Positions 40,750 to 50,730 of a DNA stretch of 64,000 nt are shown here, one piece after another; position 1 is the stretch's first letter, and each line of letters begins with the position of its first letter. Below the pieces are notes generated by a model. The model did not search any database. It worked only from the letters and a program-made list of their open reading frames with translations, and was not told the origin of the DNA. A program made the position numbers and the translations under genes. The stretch is from Ignavibacteriota bacterium (lineage in GTDB: Bacteria; Bacteroidota; Ignavibacteria; UBA10030), in NCBI GenBank assembly GCA_963701295.1, contig OY969585.1:2400001-2464000 (forward strand), given 5' to 3'.

Positions 40750-40896
40750 GCTTAACCAACCGCTCAAGCTGACCGAATGAGCATGGGTGTCAAAAGACAA
40801 AAAATAGAATACCACATTAAAGTTTTGCACATAAACTAGGAATCCTCACCAATTATATTCGATGAGGATTCTTCTTTAGACTTTGTAGCGGGGGAG
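40750..40896 (+). repeat. attC left half fused to terminator plus tRNA-fMet tail (copy C)
   Basis: GCTTAAC-CAACC-GCTCAAGCTGACCGAATGAG, then CAAAAGACA...AATCCTCA/TGAGGATT...GTAGCGGGGG; homologous to 755-906. Confidence 0.75.
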
Positions 40897-41368
40897 ACTT
40901 ATTCGGCTACTGATAGCTTGGTAGACGTTCACATAATGCATTACTGATATCCTAAATTGTAATCGTAACCATAATCGTAATTCAAATTAGCATTGATTTT
41001 GGCTTTGTTTATAACTAAGGTTACAATTACGATATATTCTTCATCTAGATAAATATCAAAATAGAAATTTGATCTTTTGTCCTATCAGTGAATCGTATTC
41101 GTAAAATCGTAATTTCGATACTCCGTTCAAGTTCGAGGCTGAAAACTTAAATATATATTTTGTACAAAGTTGAAAAAAAGAGGACGAAACTTTTCAGAAT
41201 CGGCCTTTCCGTAGCGGGGGAGGAAACTGTTCCGGACTCATACAAGAATTTTGCGTTCTTTTCAGCGAATGAATATGATTTCTAGACAAGGAGGATACAA
41301 GTCATCGTCTGATAAGGTTGGTACAAAGATTTCTGGATTTAATAGAAAGTAAATTTCATGTTTTGTTC

Positions 41369-42679
41369 TTAATTATTTCTACTACTATCCTGTAGAGATT
41401 CTGAAAAGAAATTCCGTGGTATTTCCTTAAAGTATTTCAGTTCATTGGTAAAACCGGTTCTTTCGATGCTCTTGACTTCGAAGAGAGCGATAAAATATTC
41501 CGGTACAGATTTGTTTATCTTATTGATATCTTCTATGAACTTCACCCGTAATGCAGAATTTGCCAGCATTTTCGTTCGTTCCAAACGGCCGCCATACCCA
41601 AACCCGACAATAAACATGAAATTTTCCTTCGAGAATCCAGGCATTTTAATCAATAATGAGTAATCAACATTGTACTTATTCTGCTGTTCGTAAGATGCTT
41701 CAACTCGGAGAAACATATTTACTACATTACTTTTTTCATCAATAATAAACAATCGCTCGTCTGGGGAATATTGATAACGAATAGGCGTTTTGTAAAAAAT
41801 TTTATTTAAAATTCGTAAATTTCTAAATTCGCCAATATAGATGATGTTATGATCTCGAATTTTATCAAGAGAGAGCAATGAAGACAAAGAGAGAGATACA
41901 TCATTTTGAAAATGATATACAATGTGAAGAATATCCACTAAATTATCGGCGGCACCGAATGGAATTCCTGTTATTTCGGACTTCACTAAGTTTGCTTTGG
42001 GATATTTTATTAAAAAATTGGATAAGTCATTCTCAGAAGATATTTTCCAATCCCGAACTTGACGGTAACGTTTAAATTCCGGATTGTACTCATCCAGCCA
42101 AAAATCATCTCCTAAAATGACACTCACAGGATAACCATTTTTAAAAAAAGAACCCCATACCTTATCCTGAGGATCGACAAAATACGACGTTTGAAAAGCT
42201 GAAGAGAGAAAGTTTACATTGGTTTGACGAAAAATGATAAAGAAATTAATGAATAACAGAACTACAATAACGGCTACTTCCCAGCGTTTTAATGATGAAA
42301 TGATACGATTCAATATCTTGGGATGTTCAATTTTTGAAGGTATGATCTGAATCTCATAATGTCCTTTAGGTATAACCAACCTGAATTTATCTTCTTTGCC
42401 TTCGTTCTTGTAATAGTTACCCAGTTTATTACGTAAAACTAGAATGTGATGACGTACTGTCGAATCTTTATTCGAATTAAAGCCCGAATCCTTACCGAAA
42501 ATATCAATGGCGATAGTGATTTCTTTTGGAATATTTTTTGACAGAGTGGACTGCGCAAGGTACGAAAGCAGGTTTGAATATATGGGCGAATCTTTAAAAT
42601 CCTTGCTTTGCAGTACGGCATTGACGATGGATTTTATTTCTTTATTGGAGGGTATATTTACATTATTTTGCTCTACCAT
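41369..42679 (-). CDS. Putative membrane-spanning one-component regulator
   Basis: N-terminal KEITIAIDIFG...DSTVR...LRNKL..YY...IPKGHY (winged-helix-like), one TM, C-terminal extracytoplasmic domain; divergent from the receptor gene. Confidence 0.6.
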   Translation of the reverse strand: MVEQNNVNIPSNKEIKSIVNAVLQSKDFKDSPIYSNLLSYLAQSTLSKNIPKEITIAIDIFGKDSGFNSNKDSTVRHHILVLRNKLGNYYKNEGKEDKFRLVIPKGHYEIQIIPSKIEHPKILNRIISSLKRWEVAVIVVLLFINFFIIFRQTNVNFLSSAFQTSYFVDPQDKVWGSFFKNGYPVSVILGDDFWLDEYNPEFKRYRQVRDWKISSENDLSNFLIKYPKANLVKSEITGIPFGAADNLVDILHIVYHFQNDVSLSLSSLLSLDKIRDHNIIYIGEFRNLRILNKIFYKTPIRYQYSPDERLFIIDEKSNVVNMFLRVEASYEQQNKYNVDYSLLIKMPGFSKENFMFIVGFGYGGRLERTKMLANSALRVKFIEDINKINKSVPEYFIALFEVKSIERTGFTNELKYFKEIPRNFFSESLQDSSRNN

Positions 42680-43076
42680 AAATTGCAATATATAACAAAC
42701 GCACCAAAAAGCAAACGCCAAATTTATCTATTAAAATATTTCTAAAATTGTTAATAAACGGTTTTATAACGGTTTTAGCTTTGCTAAAGCGCTTATAATG
42801 ATGTAAATAAAGCAAGATTTAATTTGGACCTGTTTAGTTTCTATATTCATTGGGTTCACTTTACCTTTTCAAAAATATTTCAATGTATACCAAGTAGTCC
42901 GGTAATGTTACGGAGTGCTCCAACTGAAAGTTTTTATGGAATTAAATATTAAAATGACGTGGCGTAAAGTGGGTTCTTTTAAATGTACAAATGTATGCGG
43001 GAACGATTATATATCTTGAGCATTAAAATTGTGACAAGAGAACATTTTTATCAGAAGGATTGATTTTTTTTGATTG

Positions 43077-43100
43077 TTTTTTGCAAACGTTTGCAAAAAA
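43077..43100. promoter_or_regulatory. LacI-family operator
   Basis: Perfect 24-bp palindrome TTTTTTGCAAACGTTTGCAAAAAA. Confidence 0.85.
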
Positions 43101-43226
43101 ATCTGAAATGCATTAAGCTAAAACCAAAAATTCACGTTGATTCCATAATTTATCATTACAAAATTGTTTCTGACTGAAAACGCATTTAGAATCAAAAACC
43201 TTTCAAGAAATCATAAGGAGAATAAA

Positions 43227-46200
43227 ATGGCTATTGGTACATTTCGTTTTCGGGTTTCACTTGTTTGTGCGATAATAATAACATTTTCTTTAACCTTTCA
43301 ATCTTTATACGCTGCCGGATCTGGGTCTATCAAAGGACATGTTTTTGATAAAGTAACAAGTGAACCTCTTATTGGAGCGAATGTTGTAGTTCTCAATACA
43401 AGTTTGGGAGCTTCTGCAAATATAGATGGTTTGATAACAATATATGGTGTACCGGCAGGACAGCAAACATTAAAGATATCCTATGTTGGATATAAGACGA
43501 TCACCGTACAAGTGACAGTTCCTGAAAATGGTGTAATTGAACAGGAATTCCGTTTATCACCTCAGGCAATTCAGGGACAAGAAGTAGTCGTTACGGCGCA
43601 GGCAAGCGGTCAAGATGCAGCCATCAATCAGCAGTTGACTTCAAATAACATTACAAATGTAGTTTCATCTGCGCGTATACAAGAACTTCCTGATGCCAAC
43701 GCTGCGGAATCCATTGGCAGATTGCCCGGTGTTTCAGTTGTACGGAACGGCGGTGAAGCCACGCAAGTGGTTATTCGTGGACTTGAACCAAAATATAATT
43801 CCATCACCATTGATGGAGTACCAATACCCTCAAACGATGTAGGCAGCTTTTCTGCCACCAATGGTGATTATTCTAAGCTTACGGACAATCCTGGTGGCCG
43901 TTCGGTAGACATGAGTATGATTTCATCTAGCTCGCTGGAAGGTATAGAAGTCTTCAAGACAGTTACACCTGATATGGATGCTGCAGCTATCGGAGGCACC
44001 GTCAACTTTGATATTCGTCGTGCAAAATCAAATCCCGATAACGCAGCTTCAATTTTTCTTCTTACGCAAGATGGTTATAATGATTTGATGAGTTCATCCA
44101 AAGACTATAAATTTGTCGCAAGCATCGAAAAAAGATTTTTTGATGATAAATTTGGCGTCTTTATACAGGGAATTGCACAAAGACAAAATTTGACTTCAGA
44201 TCAGCTCGGAGCATACTATTACAATTCAAGTCTAAATGTAAATATAAATCCCAATGCTATTGAGATGGGATATACAACTCTGACCTTTATCCCTTCAACC
44301 CAAAAACGATATGATGGAACAATAACATTTGATTATAAGATACCCAATGGTGAGTTGGCTCTTTTTAACGTCGTCAGTCATGGTACAAAGACATCAGAAC
44401 AGCATTCCGATCAGTATACCGTACAAAACTATACTCCTTTATCAGATCGAATTATTTTTGGTACATCATTGCAGGAGAACGATCTTAATGTTGTCTCAAA
44501 TATTCTGAGTTATAAACAGGAATTCGGGTCATTAAAAGTAGAAGCAAAACTATCGAATGCATATTCAGATAATTCTACGCCGTACGACTGGTATATGGAT
44601 TTCATACAACAAGGATCAGGAGCAAAAAATATTTCGGCTAATCTCCCTCCTGCAGATATTGTTCGCCAAGAACAGCCCTTGATCAATCTTGCTCAAATGT
44701 TCTGGACAAATAATACTGCGTGGAGCAGTTTCAACAAGCAGGATGATAAGCAAGCTATTCTTGATATTAAATATAATTTTAATCTTTCAGACCTCATATC
44801 CTTATCTGTAAAAGGAGGAGGCGCGTACAAATATACTACACGGTATTACGATTATGATTCTTGGTATGGCCATATAAATGATGGCAGTGCGTCGGTGGGC
44901 TTCCGACAATCTCTTGTACAAGCTCTTCCATGGTTGGCGCAGGCACCATATAATCTTGACCCAACAGGACGGAGTCCATTTCCTATCTCGGGATTTTATA
45001 ATAATAAAATGGATATTGGAAAATTCCTCAAAGGCGAGTATTCCATATACTCAGAAGTCAATGCAGATGTCATCGATCAAATTATTAGTAGAATGAAAAC
45101 GGTTGGAGCTCAACGGACAACGGTAGCAGATCAGCCGGATTTTCTTTATGATATGGTCCAAAGTACAGCAAATGATTATTCCGGATATGAAATCCGCAGC
45201 GCCGCGTATCTCATGGCTACGTTGAATATAGGTCCATGGATATCTGTAATTCCCGGTGTCCGATATCAAGCGCTGAGAACCTCCTATACTGCAGCTCACT
45301 TTATGAAATATGATGATACTAAAATTATCTATCCCCTTTCATATCCGTACACGATGGTAACAGATGAAGAATATCATGGATATTGGCTTCCTGATCTCAT
45401 AATAAAATATAATCCATCGGACGCGATCGGTTTTCGAGCATCATTCACAAACACAATAGCATATCCTGATTTCAACACCTTTGTTCCAAAAGAAGATATT
45501 GGTACTACGACGAAATTTATTACATGGAATAATACTTCATTAAAACCAGAACGGGCGTATAATTATGATTTTCAGGTATCCATCCATGATAATACTATTG
45601 GATTATTTGCTGTAAGCCCTTTTCTGAAAACAATTGATAATCAAATTTATAATCCTCAAAATATCCACCTTGATTCAAATCAAGTCAAAGCTTTTGGATT
45701 TCCTAGTTACACCAACCTTTATACTCTCAATACCTATATTAATAACCCTTTTCGGATAAACGATTGGGGGATTGAAACAGAATGGCAAACACATTTTTGG
45801 TATTTGCCGGGACCATTGAGCGGGTTAGTAATGAATATTAATTATACACATATATTTTCTAAGGCGAAGTATCCGTATACAAATACCGTGGTTGTTTTTG
45901 GTCATCCCGTCCAATATGTCGATACATCATTTATCGACCGGCTCATTCAACAACCTAACGATGTTGTGAATCTTTCGCTTGGCTATGACTACCGGAAATT
46001 TTCCATTCTTGCTTCTGTGATTTATCAATCAAATGTATTCTACCAAAGCAATTTCTATGAGAGTCTGCGTTCTGATAAAGCAAAATATCTCCGATGGGAT
46101 CTTGCCGTGAAACAAGGATTACCATGGTACGATATAGAGCTTTATTTGGATATCAATGACGTGAATAAGGAAGCCGACATTTATACCACAAGAGAAAATG

Positions 46201-46265
46201 GATTCCCTACGGCAGAATATAATTATGGTTTGACTGCGGACTTAGGAATTCGATTGAAATTTTAA
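43227..46265 (+). CDS. TonB-dependent receptor
   Basis: CarboxypepD_reg-like N-terminus (GSIKG...EPLIGANV); plug (ELPDANAAESIGRLPGV, IEVFK); C-terminal GIRLKF. Confidence 0.93.
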   Translation: MAIGTFRFRVSLVCAIIITFSLTFQSLYAAGSGSIKGHVFDKVTSEPLIGANVVVLNTSLGASANIDGLITIYGVPAGQQTLKISYVGYKTITVQVTVPENGVIEQEFRLSPQAIQGQEVVVTAQASGQDAAINQQLTSNNITNVVSSARIQELPDANAAESIGRLPGVSVVRNGGEATQVVIRGLEPKYNSITIDGVPIPSNDVGSFSATNGDYSKLTDNPGGRSVDMSMISSSSLEGIEVFKTVTPDMDAAAIGGTVNFDIRRAKSNPDNAASIFLLTQDGYNDLMSSSKDYKFVASIEKRFFDDKFGVFIQGIAQRQNLTSDQLGAYYYNSSLNVNINPNAIEMGYTTLTFIPSTQKRYDGTITFDYKIPNGELALFNVVSHGTKTSEQHSDQYTVQNYTPLSDRIIFGTSLQENDLNVVSNILSYKQEFGSLKVEAKLSNAYSDNSTPYDWYMDFIQQGSGAKNISANLPPADIVRQEQPLINLAQMFWTNNTAWSSFNKQDDKQAILDIKYNFNLSDLISLSVKGGGAYKYTTRYYDYDSWYGHINDGSASVGFRQSLVQALPWLAQAPYNLDPTGRSPFPISGFYNNKMDIGKFLKGEYSIYSEVNADVIDQIISRMKTVGAQRTTVADQPDFLYDMVQSTANDYSGYEIRSAAYLMATLNIGPWISVIPGVRYQALRTSYTAAHFMKYDDTKIIYPLSYPYTMVTDEEYHGYWLPDLIIKYNPSDAIGFRASFTNTIAYPDFNTFVPKEDIGTTTKFITWNNTSLKPERAYNYDFQVSIHDNTIGLFAVSPFLKTIDNQIYNPQNIHLDSNQVKAFGFPSYTNLYTLNTYINNPFRINDWGIETEWQTHFWYLPGPLSGLVMNINYTHIFSKAKYPYTNTVVVFGHPVQYVDTSFIDRLIQQPNDVVNLSLGYDYRKFSILASVIYQSNVFYQSNFYESLRSDKAKYLRWDLAVKQGLPWYDIELYLDINDVNKEADIYTTRENGFPTAEYNYGLTADLGIRLKF

Positions 46266-46448
46266 TAAAACTATATAAGCCACATGAAACCAATTCATAA
46301 CGGAATTGCGGAAAGGAGGATAACTTAAAACAGCAGTTATTCGAATGGATTCCGGTGAGGTCACTCGGTATTGAGCAAATTGATCGGACATCTATTGCAG
46401 TTAGTGCACAATTAACAAAATATAAACCTCAATGAAAGGATGTTTGTT

Positions 46449-48173
46449 ATGAAAAAGATATTCATTTCACTATTTTTTTCTGTGTCGCTGCTGTTGTCCT
46501 TAGCAGCAACAATGATCGCAGGAGTTCCTGATACCGTACGTATATATGCACATCCTTCAACATGGCCTACGGGATCATTCGATGACGTTATTAACAGTGA
46601 TACTATTGCTGGAGGTTACGTTAAACCGAATACAGTGTTTCTTCTGCAACAAACCGGCGGTATCGATACAGTGTATTACGTATCGGCTCCCATTACAGTA
46701 AAAGGCAACGTTACTGTTATCGGAAAAATAAATCCAGCGACTGGTCATCCACCGGTACTTGCACCGAATATTAACCAAGATAATAGTTCTATCGGTGATT
46801 ACTTTGAACCTCAGGGTAATGATACTCTTACATTAAAAGGATTATATTTCATAGGTACTCGTTCGGATGGCGCTGCGAATACTGGCCGTTTTGTTACTCC
46901 TTCTGGAGATAGCAATGTATTCGTTTTTGATCATTGCATCATTGAAAATATTACCGGTCCTCAACACACGCCAAACCTGATTGATACTTGGGCGCACGCT
47001 CATTGCAGTTTCTATATAACCAACTGTGAGTTTCGGAACAATCAAGATGACGCAGTAGGAAATCCTGGACTTGCATGGATCGAAGTCAGTGATCCGTTAG
47101 GCATTCCTTGCGATACGGCATATTTCCGTAATAATACCTTTTTCTTTACCGGTGGCCTAGTACTTGGTGGAGGAGGGTATGCATGCAATAAGTTGGATTT
47201 CCAGCATAATACAATTTTTATGTCAACCCAACAAGGCGTTTTCGAATTATATCATCTCACCAATGCAGTTATTACAAACAATGTCTTCTACAGCGTAGGT
47301 TCGGCAAGTCAACCCGTTTCGTGGGGTTGGACTCCAGGCAATTGGTTTACTGGTGCAATTGTTTTAGATACTCTTACAGCAGCGTTAAAAGGAGCTCCAT
47401 TGAACCTGACAGAAGCTGGCCGGCATATTACCATCACAAATAATGCTTATTTCTGGTCGGTTGCAATCCAAAATGTATGGTCAACGCTTAGTCTTTCTCC
47501 CCAACAATTTATTGGAGCCCGAGCTGGTATTCTTACAGATAAAACAACATGGCCCAATGTCAACGTAGCAAACAACGATAGCGTTGATCCAGGGTTTAAC
47601 TCTACACTTGTAGCAACATCAATCGCCAATATGATTACTTTGGTAGATACGGCTTATGGTGGTACTGCCAGTGGTAGTGCAGGTGGTTATCGTCCGTACG
47701 TTTATCCGCTGGCTGCACCAACTGATAGAATTACATGGACAAATGTTGCATCAAACTGGGCATCAACACAAGGGTATCCGGTTCCGGAAAATCTGCGCTA
47801 CTCCAGTACAACACTTCAAACTGCAGGAACCGATGGAAAAGCACTCGGCGACTTGAACTGGTTCCCGGAACAGGTTACGGGCGTTTCACGAACACCCAAT
47901 TCATTGCCAGGGAAGTTCGAGTTATGTCAAAACTATCCGAATCCATTTAACCCGAGCACAAAGATTTCGTATACACTCGAGATCAAAGGCATAACGAGAC
48001 TCTCAGTGTTCGACATCCTCGGCAGAGAAGTGGCAGTTCTGGTGAACGAGGTTCAAAATGCTGGATCTCATGACGTTACTTTTACCGCCAACAATTTAAG
48101 CAGCGGTGTTTATTTCTACAAACTCATGAGCTCCGAAACTACGACTACAATGAAAATGCTTTTGATGAAATAG
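46449..48173 (+). CDS. T9SS-exported beta-helix (pectin-lyase-like) protein
   Basis: NCEFRN/NNTF/HNTI/NNVF repeats; LGDLNWFP; CTD. Confidence 0.7.
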   Translation: MKKIFISLFFSVSLLLSLAATMIAGVPDTVRIYAHPSTWPTGSFDDVINSDTIAGGYVKPNTVFLLQQTGGIDTVYYVSAPITVKGNVTVIGKINPATGHPPVLAPNINQDNSSIGDYFEPQGNDTLTLKGLYFIGTRSDGAANTGRFVTPSGDSNVFVFDHCIIENITGPQHTPNLIDTWAHAHCSFYITNCEFRNNQDDAVGNPGLAWIEVSDPLGIPCDTAYFRNNTFFFTGGLVLGGGGYACNKLDFQHNTIFMSTQQGVFELYHLTNAVITNNVFYSVGSASQPVSWGWTPGNWFTGAIVLDTLTAALKGAPLNLTEAGRHITITNNAYFWSVAIQNVWSTLSLSPQQFIGARAGILTDKTTWPNVNVANNDSVDPGFNSTLVATSIANMITLVDTAYGGTASGSAGGYRPYVYPLAAPTDRITWTNVASNWASTQGYPVPENLRYSSTTLQTAGTDGKALGDLNWFPEQVTGVSRTPNSLPGKFELCQNYPNPFNPSTKISYTLEIKGITRLSVFDILGREVAVLVNEVQNAGSHDVTFTANNLSSGVYFYKLMSSETTTTMKMLLMK

Positions 48174-48199
48174 CATTGGGTTTGTGATCTGTGAAATGT

Positions 48200-48240
48200 A
48201 CGTGTATAACAGCATTTCTGCTGTTATACACGTGTTTTTT
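48200..48240 (+). terminator. Rho-independent terminator
   Basis: 15-bp stem ACGTGTATAACAGCA/TGCTGTTATACACGT followed by a T tract. Confidence 0.85.
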
Positions 48241-48446
48241 AGTAGATTTGTATGGAATGTGGCACACAGATCTTTGCAGTCTGAGCAACTCGTGGATATT
48301 ACACAGGAAGATTATTTCACCGTTGAGTTCTATGAGACTTAAATCAAGTTCTACGAAGTTAGAGGTCCGAACCATGACTTCAGTGTAGTATCGGTAGATG
48401 GAGGGATTGAAATCAATTATTTTTATAATATAAACGATTACAGGTA

Positions 48447-49460
48447 ATGAAATATACTTCAAAACATGCCACGATAATAGATATTGCCAAGAAACTGGGA
48501 ATTTCACCTTCAACAGTATCACGTGCATTAAGTGATCATCCCTATATCAAAAAAGAAACCAAGGCACAAGTCAAGAAAATAGCAAAAGAGTTACGATATT
48601 CTCCAAATCAGATGGCTCAAAGTTTAAAAAATAACCGTACTACTGCTATCGGTGTCATCGTTCCTGAAATTAAACACGATTTTTTTTCTTCAGCAATCAG
48701 TGGTATCGAAGATGTTGCCTATCGATCAGGCTATACTATTATTGTTTGTCAATCAAATGAAAGCTATGAAAGAGAAGTCCTCAATGCGAATCTGCTGATC
48801 AACCATCGCGTTGCAGGAGTGGTCGTTTCTATCTCGCAAAACACAAAAGATGGAGAACATTTTAATGATTTCCTGAGACGGAAAATTCCTTTAGTATTTT
48901 TTGACCGTGTATGTAATGATGTGATAGCAAGTAAAGTTGTGATTGATGATTACAAGAGCGCTTTTGATGCAGTTACATATCTCATCGGAAAAGGATATAA
49001 AAAAATTGCGCACTTTGCCGGACCAAAAGAATTAAGCATTTGCAAAAACAGGATGAGCGGTTATATAGATGCTTTAAAAAAAGTTCATATAACATCCCTA
49101 AATGGATTTGTCCGTTATGGTGGATTACATGAACAAGACGGATATAATTCCATGAATACTTTGTTGAAAGAAAATATGCTTCCGGATGCGATATTCGCTG
49201 TCAACGATCCTGTTGCGATCGGCGCTTATCAAAGAATTAAAGAGGCTAAATTGAACATTCCAGATGATATCGCCGTTATGGGATTTTCTAATAATAAAAT
49301 TACAAGTTTGATTGATCCGCAGCTGACAACTGTTGACCAGCCTTCGTTTGAAATGGGGAGAAAGTCTGCAGAAATATTGATCAATATGATAGAAGACAAA
49401 TTTATAGAACCAAAGACATATGTGTTAGATACGAAGCTTATTATTCGTGGATCTACATAA
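48447..49460 (+). CDS. LacI-family transcriptional regulator
   Basis: TIIDIAKKLGISPSTVSRAL; PQLTTVDQP. Confidence 0.95.
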   Translation: MKYTSKHATIIDIAKKLGISPSTVSRALSDHPYIKKETKAQVKKIAKELRYSPNQMAQSLKNNRTTAIGVIVPEIKHDFFSSAISGIEDVAYRSGYTIIVCQSNESYEREVLNANLLINHRVAGVVVSISQNTKDGEHFNDFLRRKIPLVFFDRVCNDVIASKVVIDDYKSAFDAVTYLIGKGYKKIAHFAGPKELSICKNRMSGYIDALKKVHITSLNGFVRYGGLHEQDGYNSMNTLLKENMLPDAIFAVNDPVAIGAYQRIKEAKLNIPDDIAVMGFSNNKITSLIDPQLTTVDQPSFEMGRKSAEILINMIEDKFIEPKTYVLDTKLIIRGST

Positions 49461-49475
49461 TTATTTTACATTTTT

Positions 49476-49489
49476 TGCAAACGTTTGCA
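49476..49489. promoter_or_regulatory. LacI-family operator upstream of galK
   Basis: TGCAAACGTTTGCA, identical core to 43082-43095. Confidence 0.85.
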
Positions 49490-49554
49490 GGAGCTCGGCG
49501 ACTGCATTGCAATGATGTATTTAAAGACACGAAAGCAAACGAGATGAGTTGCTT

Positions 49555-50730
49555 ATGAATACTGTTTATAGAGTGGAAAAGAAATTCAAGGAACATTTTG
49601 CAGAACAGCCTCTCTTAGTGCGATCTCCCGGGAGAGTGAACCTCATCGGAGAACATACGGATTATAATTTAGGATATGTTCTCCCTGCGGCTATAGATAA
49701 GGCAATTTATTTTGCAATCACTCCTCGCAATGACAGATTATGTAATATCTTTGCACTTGACATGGGCGATGAATACAAGTTTACCTTAGATGATCTCCAA
49801 TTTACGCCAAAAGAATGGCCGAACTATTTCATGGGTGTTGTTGATCAGGTTATGAAGGCACAGTATCCAATACGAGGATTTAATTGCTACTTCGGTGGCG
49901 ATATTCCCATCGGTGCAGGATTGTCTTCTTCTGCTGCACTTGAAGCAGGCTTGGCTTTTGCCCTGAATACACTCTTCGACTTACAAATAGAGGATCTTTC
50001 TCTTGTGAAACTTGCACAAGCAGCAGAGAATGAATTTGTCGGTGTTCGATGTGGCATTATGGATCAATACATAAATATTTTTGGTGAGCAAGATAAAGTG
50101 CTTCGCATAGATTGTAAATCACTGGAATATAAATATTATCCTTTTGCCCATCCCAATGTATCCATTGTTCTCTTTGATACATACGTTTCTCATTCATTGG
50201 CTTCATCAGAATATAATAGAAGAAGAGAAGAGTGCAGTGAGGGAGTATCGGTAATAAAAAGATGTTGTCCAGAAGTGGTCTCTTTGCGGGACGTTTCTGT
50301 CGATTTGATAGAGAAAAGTAAGCCCTTCATGAATCCAACGATATATCGGCGATGTAAATATGTTGTCGAGGAGAATGATCGGGTTTTGAAAGCTTGTCAG
50401 GAGCTGGAAAATGGTGATTTAAAAGCCTTTGGCGCTTTTATGAATCAGACACATGAAGGATTGAAGCGTGACTATGAAGTGAGCTGTAAAGAACTCGACT
50501 TCTTGAAAACGTTAGTCGAAGACAAACCGCAGGTATATGGATCGCGGATGATGGGAGGCGGATTTGGGGGGTGCACAATCAACATTATAGAGAACGATGG
50601 AATAGAAGAGATCAGTACATATGTTGCTGAAAAGTATAGACAAGAATTCAATATCGATCTAAAAACATATATAACATCAATCAGCTCCGGAACGAACATC
50701 ATTACTGTGAATGAATATGCAAAAATCTGA
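49555..50730 (+). CDS. galK: Galactokinase
   Basis: PGRVNLIGEHTDYN, GAGLSSSAA, CGIMDQ, GGGFGG. Confidence 0.97.
   Translation: MNTVYRVEKKFKEHFAEQPLLVRSPGRVNLIGEHTDYNLGYVLPAAIDKAIYFAITPRNDRLCNIFALDMGDEYKFTLDDLQFTPKEWPNYFMGVVDQVMKAQYPIRGFNCYFGGDIPIGAGLSSSAALEAGLAFALNTLFDLQIEDLSLVKLAQAAENEFVGVRCGIMDQYINIFGEQDKVLRIDCKSLEYKYYPFAHPNVSIVLFDTYVSHSLASSEYNRRREECSEGVSVIKRCCPEVVSLRDVSVDLIEKSKPFMNPTIYRRCKYVVEENDRVLKACQELENGDLKAFGAFMNQTHEGLKRDYEVSCKELDFLKTLVEDKPQVYGSRMMGGGFGGCTINIIENDGIEEISTYVAEKYRQEFNIDLKTYITSISSGTNIITVNEYAKI

Noticed and set aside
755-40790. Intergenic repeats read as a CRISPR array or simple terminators
   Set aside because: They are separated by whole genes rather than fixed-length spacers, no cas genes are present, and they have attC box geometry without U-tracts.
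40960-41115. AATCGTAA-type short repeats
   Set aside because: Irregular spacing and low complexity; no function can be supported.
1-41368. Integron integrase or attI site
   Set aside because: No ORF with tyrosine-recombinase R-H-R-H-Y motifs is visible, so a complete integron cannot be claimed from this window.
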